The notes beneath the pieces were generated by a model, which had not been told where the DNA came from, made no database searches, and saw only the letters and a program-made list of their open reading frames with translations. Positions 11,501 to 23,800 of a stretch of DNA of 64,000 nucleotides are shown in pieces. The first letter of the stretch is position 1, and each line of letters opens with the position of its first letter. This DNA is from Azolla caroliniana (taxonomy: Eukaryota > Plantae > Polypodiophyta). The translations under genes and the position numbers were made by a program. The stretch covers positions 11,656,001 to 11,720,000 of the forward strand of contig JBHGNT010000002.1 of assembly GCA_043228905.1 (NCBI GenBank), in the 5' to 3' direction.

Positions 11501-14500
11501 CACATAGATGTCCGACTACCAATATCTCTTCTTGTCCGAATGTCGATTTCTCTCCGGAGAGTGTTAGGTGCACATCTTCTAACTTCCGTAACACTTTCTT
11601 GCAATCACGAATATGGTCGACTACGAACTTTCGGCATCCCTGATCATCCATAGTCTCATTTTTTTCTTCCACCACACATCCTTTTATTCGAATGTCATCT
11701 AGGAACGGCATCGTTATCTCCGGAATGCAGTCCCGAAGCACCTTGTTCATCGCATTCATCATATGTGTGACCAAGTTTGTTGCGCCTTGTGGTAGCGTGC
11801 ACATCCGGACCAATCCTATCGGTGTTCGCATGGTAGTGATGTCTCGGCTCTCCATGGCTAGTTGAAATTGGTCATACCTGGAGTATAGGTCTCCCATGGA
11901 GTATATCACATGACTGGCAAACGCTTCCGCAAATTCGTCCACTATCGGACTAACTCCGGAGTTCCGGATCGTGACCTTGTTCACCGGTTACAATTCTTGA
12001 ATAAATCGGAGTGACCCATTCTTCTTCTGAACCGTAAACCATCGATTTGAGTATGGAGCGTTGGATGGCTCTAGAATCCCCATCACCACCTTCTCCTTGA
12101 GCAAATCAATGATTTTCGGAATATGCGCTTGTGGCACCGGAATCGGCTTCAAGTTCCACAGCACATGATCAATCGTGAAGATCACCATCGGCTCCACTAT
12201 CTTTGGGTCAACACACCCTATCTCTTTCAATGTGAATGCAAATGCTCTTCCATGTTGCTCCAATATCTCACAAAACCGTTCTTCTTCATTTTGTAAGAGG
12301 AACCCACCTCCACCGATCCGAAGTTTCTTCCAGGTCTCATCCGTGAAGGCATGTCCGACATCCACGGACTTCCGAAGTGTCGGATCTCCCGAGACTTCTT
12401 TCATCTTTTGTTCGCTATCGGCGGGCAACAGTCCCGCGGCCGGTTTCACCTTCTTTTCCACGGTCTTATATTGCATACATACCATTGCTTCTTTGCAGAG
12501 TGCATCCGGCCCCATTTTCGCAATGATCTCATACATCTCGACCGATTCCACTGGAACTACCCAGTCCCTGGCTATTCTCTTCTGCAAGCTCTTCAAGCCG
12601 TTGTAGCGTGCTCCCGTAGAACACTTCTTCGACTACTCCCACGATTTCTTCATCTTCTTTTATTATCGATGCATACCGTAACTCATCTTGCACCTTTCAG
12701 AATTCTTTCTTCATTACTCCGGTTACGTCCGTGTACGTAGATGCTCCATCCGAACCAATTCGTACTTGTTTTGCTCCGAGATTTTTCTTCCTATGTGGGG
12801 TATCAGGGCTTCTCGGACTATTATTTCCCCACTCCATAACAGTCCTCTTTTAAAATCCATTTTTGTTTGGGACAAGAGCTCTCTCTTGTTCCTTTCGTGA
12901 TTTGATGGCACGGTTAGGAATTGGATGGTTTTCCCTCCACTTTGGCTCCGAATTTGTGCAAAAGCCGCTCCGCTATCGAGCACCTTTGTCTCCATCCGTG
13001 AGGCCGTGATAAAGGGTTGCCCGAGGATCACAAAGTGTGAGACCTCATCTTGCACGAAGAAATTTTGGTCAATCTCCACATCTCTGATCTTTACCGTCAC
13101 ATCCGGACAACCGCAAATAAATCTTCTGTTGCTTTAGTGGTTTCTCGGATCTTCCACCCATGATTAGTGTTAATAGGCCACTTCCCCTTCTGTTAGAACT
13201 CCTTGGACATCAAATTGATCTCTGATTCGTGATCAATCAATGCTAGTATGGGCTCCTTGATGTTTCCGATTCGGACCGAAGTCTCTGTAGTTGCGCGTGC
13301 CTAGTGTGGCCTTGTGTAGTGGGAGTTCGGAATTTCATCCTCCACTTCGGTGTCAATCATTAGAACGGTATTTGCATTCACCCTTAGAGAATTTTCCTCC
13401 GTATTTTGTCTTTTTCTCTTCATGAGATCCACAAGAAGATCATGGAACTCCTTCACTATTCTGAGTAATTCCCGAAGCGAAAAATCTACCCAGCTATCGA
13501 GGATTCTCTCCTCGAACACCTTTTTTAAGTCCATTCGTTGCACGATGTTCGAAGGGAGTTTGAATGCCAGAATTGGTTTTCCTTTCCCCTTCCCTTCGGA
13601 GTTCCAGCTCTCCGGCTTCTTCGATGGTCCAGCCGCATCATTCGTGCGCCGTCGTTTCTCATCTACATACACCTCATGTAATTAGCATAAGGCGTACACA
13701 CTATTCTTATTGACAAGGCACTCCCATCCCGTAGCTTCTTGGATGCCTTCCGCAGTGCTTCAGATCTCATCAGAGTCAACTTTCTCGGGGTTTTCTAGCA
13801 CTTCCGGCCAAAAAGACGCTTTTGCTCCAGATGACTCACCCACACATATCCTTGCGGTTGTCGCATAATTGCTTTTCGCCACTATTTCCTCCTCTAGGAC
13901 CTTCTTCATGCCGCCTTTTTGGAATTTTGGTCAGAGTGGCTTCCAAGAGTCCATCGAATGAATCTGATTTCCCTCGTAGTAGATAAGGTACCATCATAGC
14001 GCCTTCTTATTCTCGTCGCAATCCCTTCGATCATGTTCAGTGCTATCGCACCATATGCATCAATGACCCATATACTTGGAACTTGTGGGACGGTCATCTG
14101 ACTTCTTCACCATCGCGATTTTCAGATTCTCCATCCCTTTAGCAACTGCTCCACCGTGGTTGCATCAATTCCCTTCTCTCGAGCCCACGGTTGATAGTCT
14201 TCCAATCCGGATCTTGGTTTCGGAATTGGTTCCAAAACCCTCTTTTCTTCACTACCAAGCCATTGCCCCCTCTTTGTGTATCGTGCGACGATATCCCGCA
14301 TGTTTTCCCATGTATTGGTGAGGCCACTCTCAGTAGTGGTGTCCTCTAGAAGCATTCTAAGATCTTTCTGGTCCCGGACATCCACGGCTCATAAGAACAT
14401 GATCACTTTGTCCGGTGCGAGGATAGCTTGATCTCTCGTTGACAACCTCCTGAACCGACTTTCGAATGTCAAAAACACATCAAGGACCTTCAGCCCCTTG

Positions 14501-15623
14501 TCTGGCATTTTCACCCAATCTTTGAATCCCCTCCGCATTGCCTTGGAGAAGTCCTCGATGGCGAAGGTGGTCTTTAGCGCTTCTTCAAATGTTTCCCACG
14601 TCGGATTTTGTTGTCATATCCCGTGGATACTCCCTTGAAGCCTGTCCATAGCCACCCGATTGAAGGATGTCACCTGCAATCCTTCCGATATTCCGCAACA
14701 TAGCATTTCCTCCTTGTAATCCTGCAAATATCACAACACATCCTTCCCGTTGAATTGTCTGCTCCGTTGCACGAGCTGCTCTATTGCCGCCGCAATCTCC
14801 GACATCGCGTGTTGTTCTTGTAGCATCCGCTCGAACATCGCCATCATGTTGTTAGTTTCCGGTTGTTGATTCTCCATCTCCTTACCACCCGTCTTCACAT
14901 CGGGTTCGCCACTTGTGTCGTGACTTTCGGCGCTGAATCGTTGCATGAGTCGGGTAGGAACCGTTGGGGTTTTGGACTAGGAGAAAGAAGAATATGAGAT
15001 AAGGTTTGTTACGAATAGATTGCAAGATGAAGATATGAAACTCGTGAATCCCACGAGTATAGTGTATTAATTGATACTTAGATTGTAAGAGAGAAATAGA
15101 TGGCAAAATCGTGAATTCCCACGAATATTTTATATTAATCAACCCGTATAAAAAATCAACAACCATATACATCTTTTCTCTCTTCCTGATATAGTGATGG
15201 AAGAGGCTAAGCATAACATCATGCTTTTTCCTAAAGTGTTCATGCACACTAGATGTGCATGAGTTGCCTTTTTCAACCATGCTTTTTTATTTCCTAAATA
15301 TAGTGCTCATGCACACTAGATGTGCATGAGTAGTTGGCTTGCGTTTTTCTTCCAAATCAAGTTTTCACGCACTCTAAAAGTGCATGATTTACTTTTTTGT
15401 AAAAATAGGCGTAAATATAACTCTTATATATATATTGAATCTATATTTTATATCACTTATGATAAGTTAGTACAATGGTAAAGTTTGGGTTTGTTTACAT
15501 GGAGGTATAGGGTTCAAATCTTGCCTTATGCATGTAACAATATTTTCTTTTATTTATTTATGGGTACTTAAATCGGATATATTTTTTACATATTTCACGT
15601 AGTGTGCGAATTACACTACGACA
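8560..15623 (-). mobile_element. Full-length, degenerate Ty3/Gypsy of a fungal-like lineage
   Basis: LTRs 8560-9276 and 14916-15623 (TGTCGT..ACGACA). Putative PBS TGGCGAACCCG at 14901-14911(-) and purine-rich GGAGGGTGCGAG before the 3' LTR. Order gag-PR-RT-RH-IN. 4-bp flanks acgt/gcgt. Confidence 0.92.
9277..14877 (-). pseudogene. pol: gag-pol of the fungal-like Gypsy (stops and frameshifts)
   Basis: Protease ALIDHESEINLM (about 13215-13250); RT TLPQGATN..MPFLDDI; RNase H VDTSLIGIG..KRELWG; integrase H..H..C..C, VDIVAMP, REDLTNQVEGRAL, IERGH, WFGPY. Confidence 0.9.
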
Positions 15624-17787
15624 GCGTATGTCGATTGCAGGCCACTTGAAGATACTTTTCTTTCCCGGCAAAAAAACCCTGTCAATCTCGTTTGAAAAAA
15701 TGAGAGATAATGACAGGTTTCAGGGTTTTATAGTCGTCGATTGGGTGACCTGCTTCGATGAGGTCGATGGTTGGGCAACCAACTTAATATAAACTTACCT
15801 GGGTTGGGCCACCTGCTTAAACTGGTCACCCAACTGTTTTAAAAATATAACTCAGTTGGGCATCCACAATCAAATTAGTTGGGCGACCAAACTTAAAATC
15901 GCAGGTTGGGCGACCAAAATCAGGTAGGTTGAGCGACCACATTAAACCGGTTGGGAGACCACATATGTTAAACAGGTTGGGCAACCACTCTAGTTAGGTT
16001 GGGCAACCATAATATCTAGGTATCACGACCAGGATAGGTAGGTTGGGCGACCTCTTACAGCTTTTTTTTTTCGCGTGTTCGTTCTTATCCAAATCTGACG
16101 GTGCAGATCACACACGCCTTTCTCTGAGCAACCTGCACCGTCTGTGGCCGCGATTCCCTCGACAACCCTCTTTATGATTTGTGTCATAATAGACAAGTCA
16201 GAAAAGAATGAATATATGTATGTATGTATGTACATATGTATGTAAATGGGAATGTATGAGGGCAAGTGAGGGAATCGCGAAGAGGGACGGTGCAGGTCAC
16301 TAGATGAGGGCGCGTGCGATCTGCACCGTCCAATTTGGATGAAGAAAAAGCGCGAAAAAGCGTGCCATCAAAAGTCCAATTTTTTGGGGAGCCCGTCTCA
16401 TTAAAGAAAGAGCCCGACTCTATGAAAGGGAGCCCGACTCATTAGTTTAGGATTGAGTATAAAAACCCATACCTGTCATTTTTGCATGTTTACAAACAGG
16501 TAGCCAAAGGTTTAGGGTTTAGGGTTCATGTTGTAGGCATCTTCAATGAGGCGCACCACCTGTTGTCCTACTGTCCGCGAGCACCTGGTGTCCTGCTGTC
16601 CAGAGGGATATGTATCATATTTCTTGTCTATTTATGAATTGATTAAGATTTGTGTGTTCAATTTGTGAAAGCTCAGAAATCTCGTCCTACTGAAGATGAC
16701 ATGCCCGTGTATTTTTCTCTTGGAATTGCTGGAGAAAAAAATTTATATGATATCTATCCTAAACGAGTCTTTCTAGCCGTTAAGCTTATTCACAACATTT
16801 CTATGTACTCGGTTTTTTTATGAATGAGGAACTACTTAGAAGACTATGCATGCTAATGTGACAGTAGCTATGTTACTTAAAATCCTCCATGAGATAACAA
16901 TAATGTTCTTATGGGGTATCCTACTCCATTTTGTATTCAATCAACCCAGAAAAAAATAGTCTTCTCCAGTTTTGGCCATGTTGCAATACTTCCTTCTCAA
17001 GTTGGTGACATACTCTTGACAAACTTAAGTAATAAGAAAAAACCTAAACAAAACATAGAGTTCATTTAATAGTCCATAAACTCCTCAATATCATAATATG
17101 GTGAAGGATAGGATCATGATGAAATTGTTCTCTCACATAATCTGAAGCGTTTAGATTGTCCGTGAAATATGGTGATGAGCTTCTCTATGAGCATGGCATA
17201 GTCATGTAATTGTTCTCTTGCATAGTTTGAAGTATGATAGGTTAAGTGTTTACATTGTCCACTAAAGCAACCACAATGAGCTTCTCTATGGGCATAGCAT
17301 AATCACGGTCCTGAAGCCCCTTTATAAATTCTTCTTGTCTCTACATTTGGTTGCATTCTTAATGTTTGAAAAGCTTAACGATTGGAAGCAATGAATGCGA
17401 TGTGACTATTATCTTTACAAATGAAGGGGTCAATCTTTTGCATCAATTTGATTTATAAAAACCATTCAAGTTAGTTTGGGATGTCTTATAAAGTAAGATT
17501 GATACAATTAGTAGTAATTCTAAGTTATTTTTAGATATCCAAATATGATCATAGATCCATTGGTGGTTTTTGAAGATGGCATGTGTTTTGTACAGATGGC
17601 TAGTCAGTCCAAGACCTTCATAGACTTTGATGTGTATTGGGGTGAAACAATACCTTATGAAGGGAGGTATGGCCTGAATCATTTCTCAACTATATATTGT
17701 ATATAAATAGTGATGTTTGTGTGCTAACGTGAATGATGGTTTAGGGTTTTTGTAAGAAAGGGTGCTAGCTGCCCCAAATCCAACAAT

Positions 17788-19619
17788 ATGGATGTTGAAA
17801 ACATCATTACTGAAGACTCGAACATGGATACGAACCCCATACATGATGTGGGGCCAGGTGTTGAACATATCACTGTAAATGGTGAGTTGATGTACATTCT
17901 TATAATCATTATTGAAGTAAGTATATATTGGGTTTTTCTAATGCAAATGTCACACCATTGTTGTAGTGGACCCTATGTCCCTCTTCAAGGCGAGAAGATA
18001 CTCGACAAGTATCAAATGTCGCACATGTATCGTTGGAGATTCATGTAGAAAAGAGGTACGATGGTTTCGCAAAAAAACTGACATGGAGGCTCAGTTACAG
18101 AAGGCACATGGCATCTGTGTAATACTGCCTTCGGGGCTAAAGATAGAAGAAGAGCAATCGACCTCCATGAGGAGTACAACCACGTCATTCTTCAGCCACT
18201 ACGAAAGACAATGATCAATAAAGCGTTTTTTGGATCCGGAGCTAAAGTACAACAGGTCACGCCAATCACACATGAGGAAGTTGAGGACAAGAGCGATTAA
18301 GATCTTCAAAGCCACTACGGACACACTTCGAACATCCAAGGAGGCTGATTTCATTGCCCAATTCGTCAGCCAAGAGATGGCTAAGTATGACGAGGGAAAG
18401 GAGCATAGGATGGCAAAATTGAAGTTGAAGATTGCGGTTGTGTCTGAAGCTTATGTAAGTATGGTTTATGATTATGTGTGCATCTTACGTGAGTCTAAAT
18501 CTAGTGTGTGAATCTTATGTATGAATTTTAGTGTAAGAATCATGGAATTCCCATGCTAGAAGATGAGGCACATGTTGAGATCGATGGTGGTCAAGACCAA
18601 CTGTTAGAATCGACAACCCGACAACCAAGGAGGCCTAAAATCCAAATCCGCAAGAAAAAAGTGGACCCTGGTAAATTGTCGTTCATTACATCATCTGACA
18701 CAGATGAGGGTGTGAACATTGAGATTGTCTTTGTTGGTCCTAGGACAATCACGAAAACATGGGATAACACAACAAGAAATAAGTTCACTAGGTATGCCGT
18801 TATGGTGGGGGCATGAGATCAATAGTTAACTTCATGTTTTTTTTGTAGTTACTAATCTGGCCTAATAAACAGGTTTCATGTGACTTGCCGATGACTAGAT
18901 CTAGCGGTCTTTTTGACGGAGGTAGAACTATGTTCGTTGTGCACTGTAGGGGAGATGGCATCCACATGGATGATGACCCTCTTCCACTTATGGATGGAGT
19001 ACTCGTTGCCCCCCGAGATCAACAAGCGGTTTCATATTGTGGATCCACTATGGGTACAACTAGAAGGCCAAAGTGATAAGGGTGAAGACATACTCACTCG
19101 GGTCCCTGAACGGGAATATGTCTTCATTCCAATATTGCACTCAGGCCATTGGGTGCTTTGGTTGAAGATGCGACAGACTCCTATAGGTCTCGATGCTAGG
19201 GTGAGGAGCCCAATTGTTTTTTGCGATCTACTAACTAATCAACTGACTGCCGGCAAGAAGACATTGGGTGATTTGGCTGTACAACATATCTCTAACGCCA
19301 CACACGACCATTGCATCATCAACAACGAGCGGTTCCAGGTATTGCATATCCCAACCCAACCTAATGGGACGAATTGTGGGTATTACGTGATGCAAACCAT
19401 TCGAATGTTGGTTGAGGAGTTCATTCAAGGATTTGAGTCTGATCAATTTGTAAGTATTTATGATAATTGAATTTGAGCATTTATTTTTGTAAGGGCTTAG
19501 GTTAATGGCATGTTGTGGTGTAAGGTAAGGAGCAATGGTTTGGATTCGAAGATGTGGAGCTCCTTCGGAAAATCATGCCAAAATGGACACAAAGGACTCT
19601 GGGCATAGGGTTATTTTAA
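17788..19619 (+). pseudogene. MULE B cargo gene: C2H2-like finger plus Ulp1/SUMO-protease (C48), about 5 exons
   Basis: Catalytic triad motifs ILHSGHWVLW, FCDLL and QPNGTNCG. GT-AG junctions near 17882, 18454, 18792 and 19450. In-frame TGA at about 18212 and 18892. Confidence 0.8.
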
Positions 19620-20132
19620 TCACTAGCATGTGTTACCCGTTCCTTTGGGTGACACCTTCGATAGACCTGAGGTTATCGGTAGCAAAGGATGTGTTACGTG
19701 AAGGCTCGTAAATAGAGGTGTCGTGAGGTAGAAAATAATTCGAGATGGAACACTAGTGAGATCTTGATAGGCGTGGACGGCGCTTAATTCAGAAACACGA
19801 GAGAAAACACAAACTCATGGAGCAAGATGGGCACAATAACAGATATGTATTAATGCGACAGCAAAAGGGTTACAGAGCGCGGCCTACGGCCGGTGACCTT
19901 ACAATAGTATCTAATTACGATGGAATTTGCTAGTGCTTCCGCCTATACTTTTTCTACCCCTCCCCTCTGAGGTACTCGACCTTGTTTAAATAATGTTTCC
20001 CCTAATACACAGCCGAGCCGTTGGTGGCCCGTGATACTCGGACTCGGCGCTCGTTGGCGTTCTTTCCTACTCGGTTACACTACCGCCGTTTGCTAATTTC
20101 CTAATTTACATTTCTGTCCTCTGGACAACACC

Positions 20133-20149
20133 TGGCACGCCCGTGGGAC
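20133..20149 (+). promoter_or_regulatory. Antisense PBS-like site (tRNA-Arg complement) at the position normally held by the PPT
   Basis: TGGCACGCCCGTGGGAC begins 2 nt after the LTR end at 20130; no purine run on the coding strand there. Confidence 0.8.
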
Positions 20150-20228
20150 AGGACCTTGTCCGTCGGACCCACGATTTACAAAATACTAACAACATTACAA
20201 AAATTGCCTTTCAGGCGTGATCCTCATT

Positions 20229-20483
20229 TCATTCCTCTTCTAAGATGTCGAGGATGTTTTCGGGGTCCGGGGTGGTGGCGGGGTGGTCTGGTTGGACTGT
20301 CGGTGCGGGGGGTTGAGTTTGGTCCGGGGGTGTCATATCCTCTCGGGCATCCGCCTCAGGTGCGGCCGATTCGTCTGGTGGTGGTGTGGGTTCGAGGGGG
20401 CTGACCTCTACTTCGACTGGATCTGGTACCGTGTGGGCGTCCTCGGGAGGTCTGTTGGCCAGGGCGAGTTCCTTCTGTGCCAT
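20229..20483 (-). CDS. Remnant of the extra 3' ORF of the Gypsy element (Pro-rich, ends ILDILEEE)
   Basis: Open 84-aa ORF downstream of integrase; its C-terminus matches 54450..54821 (ILDILDEE). Confidence 0.55.
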   Translation of the reverse strand: MAQKELALANRPPEDAHTVPDPVEVEVSPLEPTPPPDESAAPEADAREDMTPPDQTQPPAPTVQPDHPATTPDPENILDILEEE

Positions 20484-20863
20484 GTCCGTGATCTCCTCGT
20501 TGGGAGGTTCTTCCTTCTGAGCTTGAGAGCGATGGAGGTTGGGAGCGATAATGAACTTCTGTGTATGTGCTGCGTTTTGGAAACGGTTTTAGTAACTTAG
20601 TCCTAGGGTTTTGTGCCCGAAGCGAATCCTAAAGATTCTGAGTCGTGGGTGCCATAATAAGTGACTAGCGCCACGTGTCCTGAAGGTGAGTGGGGTGCTT
20701 CGAGTGCTTTGCATGTGCTTAAATAGGTACTAAATGAGAGGTGGCTAGGGGTGCTCCTAAATTGTGGGTGCCTAGGTGGGTGGTGTAGGTGTAGCTAATC
20801 GACGGCTAAACTATGGTTAATCCTACCTACTTTATTAATTTCAAAAAGGTGGGTGAGTCCTTA

Positions 20864-23800
20864 TTAAGGGGGACACGTGGCCTCCTCCGTGGTGGTCTCC
20901 CGAAACTCGTTTGTGCCGTGTGGCTCGGTAAACGGGTTGGGTGGTGTAGTGCCTCGATATGGTCGAAGTCGGAAACCATTGGCCCAACTTTTGATAGTGT
21001 CGTCGGCGAGTGTGCCGAGCTGGAACGTCCCGTTGAACTCGTCGATAATCCCGAATGGACCGGTCCACCGAAATCTTAATTTTCCCAGCATTGACCCAAG
21101 TCGTGTTTGAAAAAGAAGAACCGGTTTGCCGATGGTGAGCTCCTTCTCCAGCCCGTTTCGATGTCGATCCACGAAAGCCTTGCGTTGTCGTTGGCGTTGT
21201 TCGAGCTGGGCCATACTCTCTATCCTGTCTTCGCCGAGTTCGAGGAGTTGTTCCAGCCGGTATTGCTCGGATTGGGCCTCGGGGAGCCGTGCTTTGACTT
21301 GAACTTGGAGGCTCAGGACTTGGAACTCGACGGGCATTACGGCTTCTAACCTGAACGCCATTCGAAAGGGGGTTGATTGGATGCTTGTTTTGAAAGTCGT
21401 ATGATACACCCACAGCGCGCTCTGGAGTTTGTCATCCCAATCGGTCCTGTTTTCATTGACGATCTTCTTCAGTATGGTTTGGAGGATTTTATTGGTCGAT
21501 TCCGCCAAGCCGTTCGCCTGCGGGTAGTATGGTGTGCTTTTCTTGTGCACCACCACGTAGTGGTGTGTAAGCTCACGTATTATATGATTGATGAAGTGCC
21601 CACCTTGGTCACTAACAAGCTCGATTGGGCATCCGTAACGGCACCAAAGATGCTCGTACACGAATTTAGCCGTGGATATCGCCGTGTTGTCTCGGAGTGC
21701 CTTAGCCTCGACCCATTTGGTGCAGTAGTCCGTGGCCACGATAATATACCTATTCCCTGTACGGGCCGCAAGTGGCTTGAAAGGGCCTACAAAATCCAAA
21801 CCCCATTTTTGAAATGGGTCCAACGGAAGAATCGGCTGGTGTGGCATGCGTGACTGTTCCATTGGTTGCCCCAATCGTTGGCACAAATCGCACTGCCGAC
21901 AAAACTCGTGAGCGTCTCTCTTCATTGTCGGCCACCACAATCCGCTTTGTCAAACCTTCCTTGCCGTGGAATCCCCGGCGTAGTGCCCCCCAGCTACTCC
22001 CTAGTGGGCCTCCTGAAGAACGGCGTTCTTCTCGAATTGCCGAATCGCTCGGTGCCATATGCCGTTCGAGCCTTTGTGGTAGAGAATGTCCGAGACGAGG
22101 TAAAAATTCCGGCTACGCACTGCTAGGCGTTTTCTCGCATCAAGGGGCATGTGCTCGGGAGGTAAACCGGTAGTGAGAAAATGGGTCATCTCCGTGATCC
22201 ATTCATCTTCATTATCGTCTGGCATCGTGGTCAGGTTAAATAGGCTGGCATCCGGTAGCTCGCCGTACGTTATTTCCGTCGGTTCCCCTGACTCAAGACG
22301 GCTCAAATAGTCGGCGACGGCGTGTTGTACCCCGGGTCGATGCTGAATCTGGAAATCAAATTCTTGGAGTAGGAGCATCCACTGAGCCAACCGTTCGGTG
22401 AGGGCTTGTTTATTGACCTAATAAAGAAGGGCCGAGTGATCCACGTGAAAGGTAAACTTCCGGCCCAAGAGGTAATGCCGGAATTTATTGATGCTATAAA
22501 TCATACCGAGGGCCTCCCGCTCGGTGGTGGAGTAATTCTTTTCCGCTGTCGAGAGCCATCAGCTGGCGTAGTACACGGGCCTATACCAAATCGGGGGTGT
22601 GCATTGCATCAGGGCACTTCCGATGGCGATGTCTGAAGCATCTACGAAGACATGAAACGAATCGGACCAAACCGGAGGCTGGACCACCGGGGCATGTGAG
22701 AGCATTAGTTTCAGGGTCTGATAGGCCGTGTCCTCGATTGACGTCCATTGGAAGGGAAGGCGATGGACTGCCGCGTGTAAAGGTGTCGCGAAATCGGCCA
22801 GATGTCGTATCATTCGGCTGTGCCACCGGATTTGTCCCAAAAATCGGCTTAGTGCCTTTGCGTTCGAGGGTGCGGGGGTGGTGAGGATGGTCTTTACTTT
22901 ATCCGGGTCCATAGCGATGCCTTCTTGACTGACAATGTGGCCAAGAAGGTTGCCGTTGGGGACTAAGAACACGCATTTCGCCGGGTTTAAGCTCAATCGA
23001 GCTTGGCGACATCAGTCCAGGCAGAGTCATAACTGGGTCATGTGTTCCCGTCGATGGCCATACACGGCGAAATCGTCGAGAAAGACTTGCATGAACGTCG
23101 GGATGTAGTCATGAAAGATTTCGGTGATGATGCGCTAGAACATAACCGGCGTCGTTTTTAGACCGAACATCATTACTTCTGCCACAAAAACACCCCATTC
23201 CGTGACGAAAGCGGTTTTCTCCTGATCCTCCGGGTGCATTCTTATCTGGTTATAGCCGCTAAACCCGTCGAGGAAACTGTGGCATTCATGGCCGGCTACC
23301 GTGTCGAGGACGTTGTCCGTGAACGGGAGAGGGAAACCGTTGGTGACTGTTGCCGTGTTAAGCTTCCGATAGTCGACGCAGACGCGGATTTTTCCGTTCT
23401 TCTTTGGGACTACTACGATCGGGCTTAACCACGTGGCCCGTTTAACATGGCGAATGAAGCCCACTCGGAGTAGTTTGTCGATTTCCTCTTTGACTTTAGC
23501 GGCGTAGTTGGGGTTCATCCTGTAGCGCCTCTGCTAAACCGGTCGAGTGTCGGGTAAGAGGTGGATTTGATATTGGTAGTAGTGAGGATCCAACCCCTTC
23601 ATATCGGTGTAAGACTAAGCGAAAACATCCTGGTAGTCTGTAAGCAATCGTATGAGGGATGCCCGTTCTCCAGTTGGTAGATTATTGGCAATTTGTAACA
23701 TACGAGGATTCTCGTCCGAGCCGAGGTTTATTGTTTCCAGGGTTGATGCTTTGACTCGTTGTAAAATGGCGAGTTCGCGTTCGAAAGCATCCCGAGCATG

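Larger units (their letters stand above)
4544..16170 (-). mobile_element. Mutator-like element A (Ulp1-carrying), truncated at its 3' end, with a nested Gypsy at 8560-15623
   Basis: TIR at about 16070-16170 (rc GAGGGTTGTCGAGGGAATCGCG..ACGGTGCAG) is homologous to the TIRs of element B. GGTTGGGCGACC repeats at 15740-16055 and 5023-5425. Contains Ulp1 and transposase remnants. No second TIR found. Confidence 0.8.

Noticed and set aside
20133-20149. Element transcribed on the + strand with antisense gag-pol
   Set aside because: The LTR TATA-like and poly(A)-like signals and a second PBS lie on the minus strand with the ORFs. Not formally excluded without transcript data.
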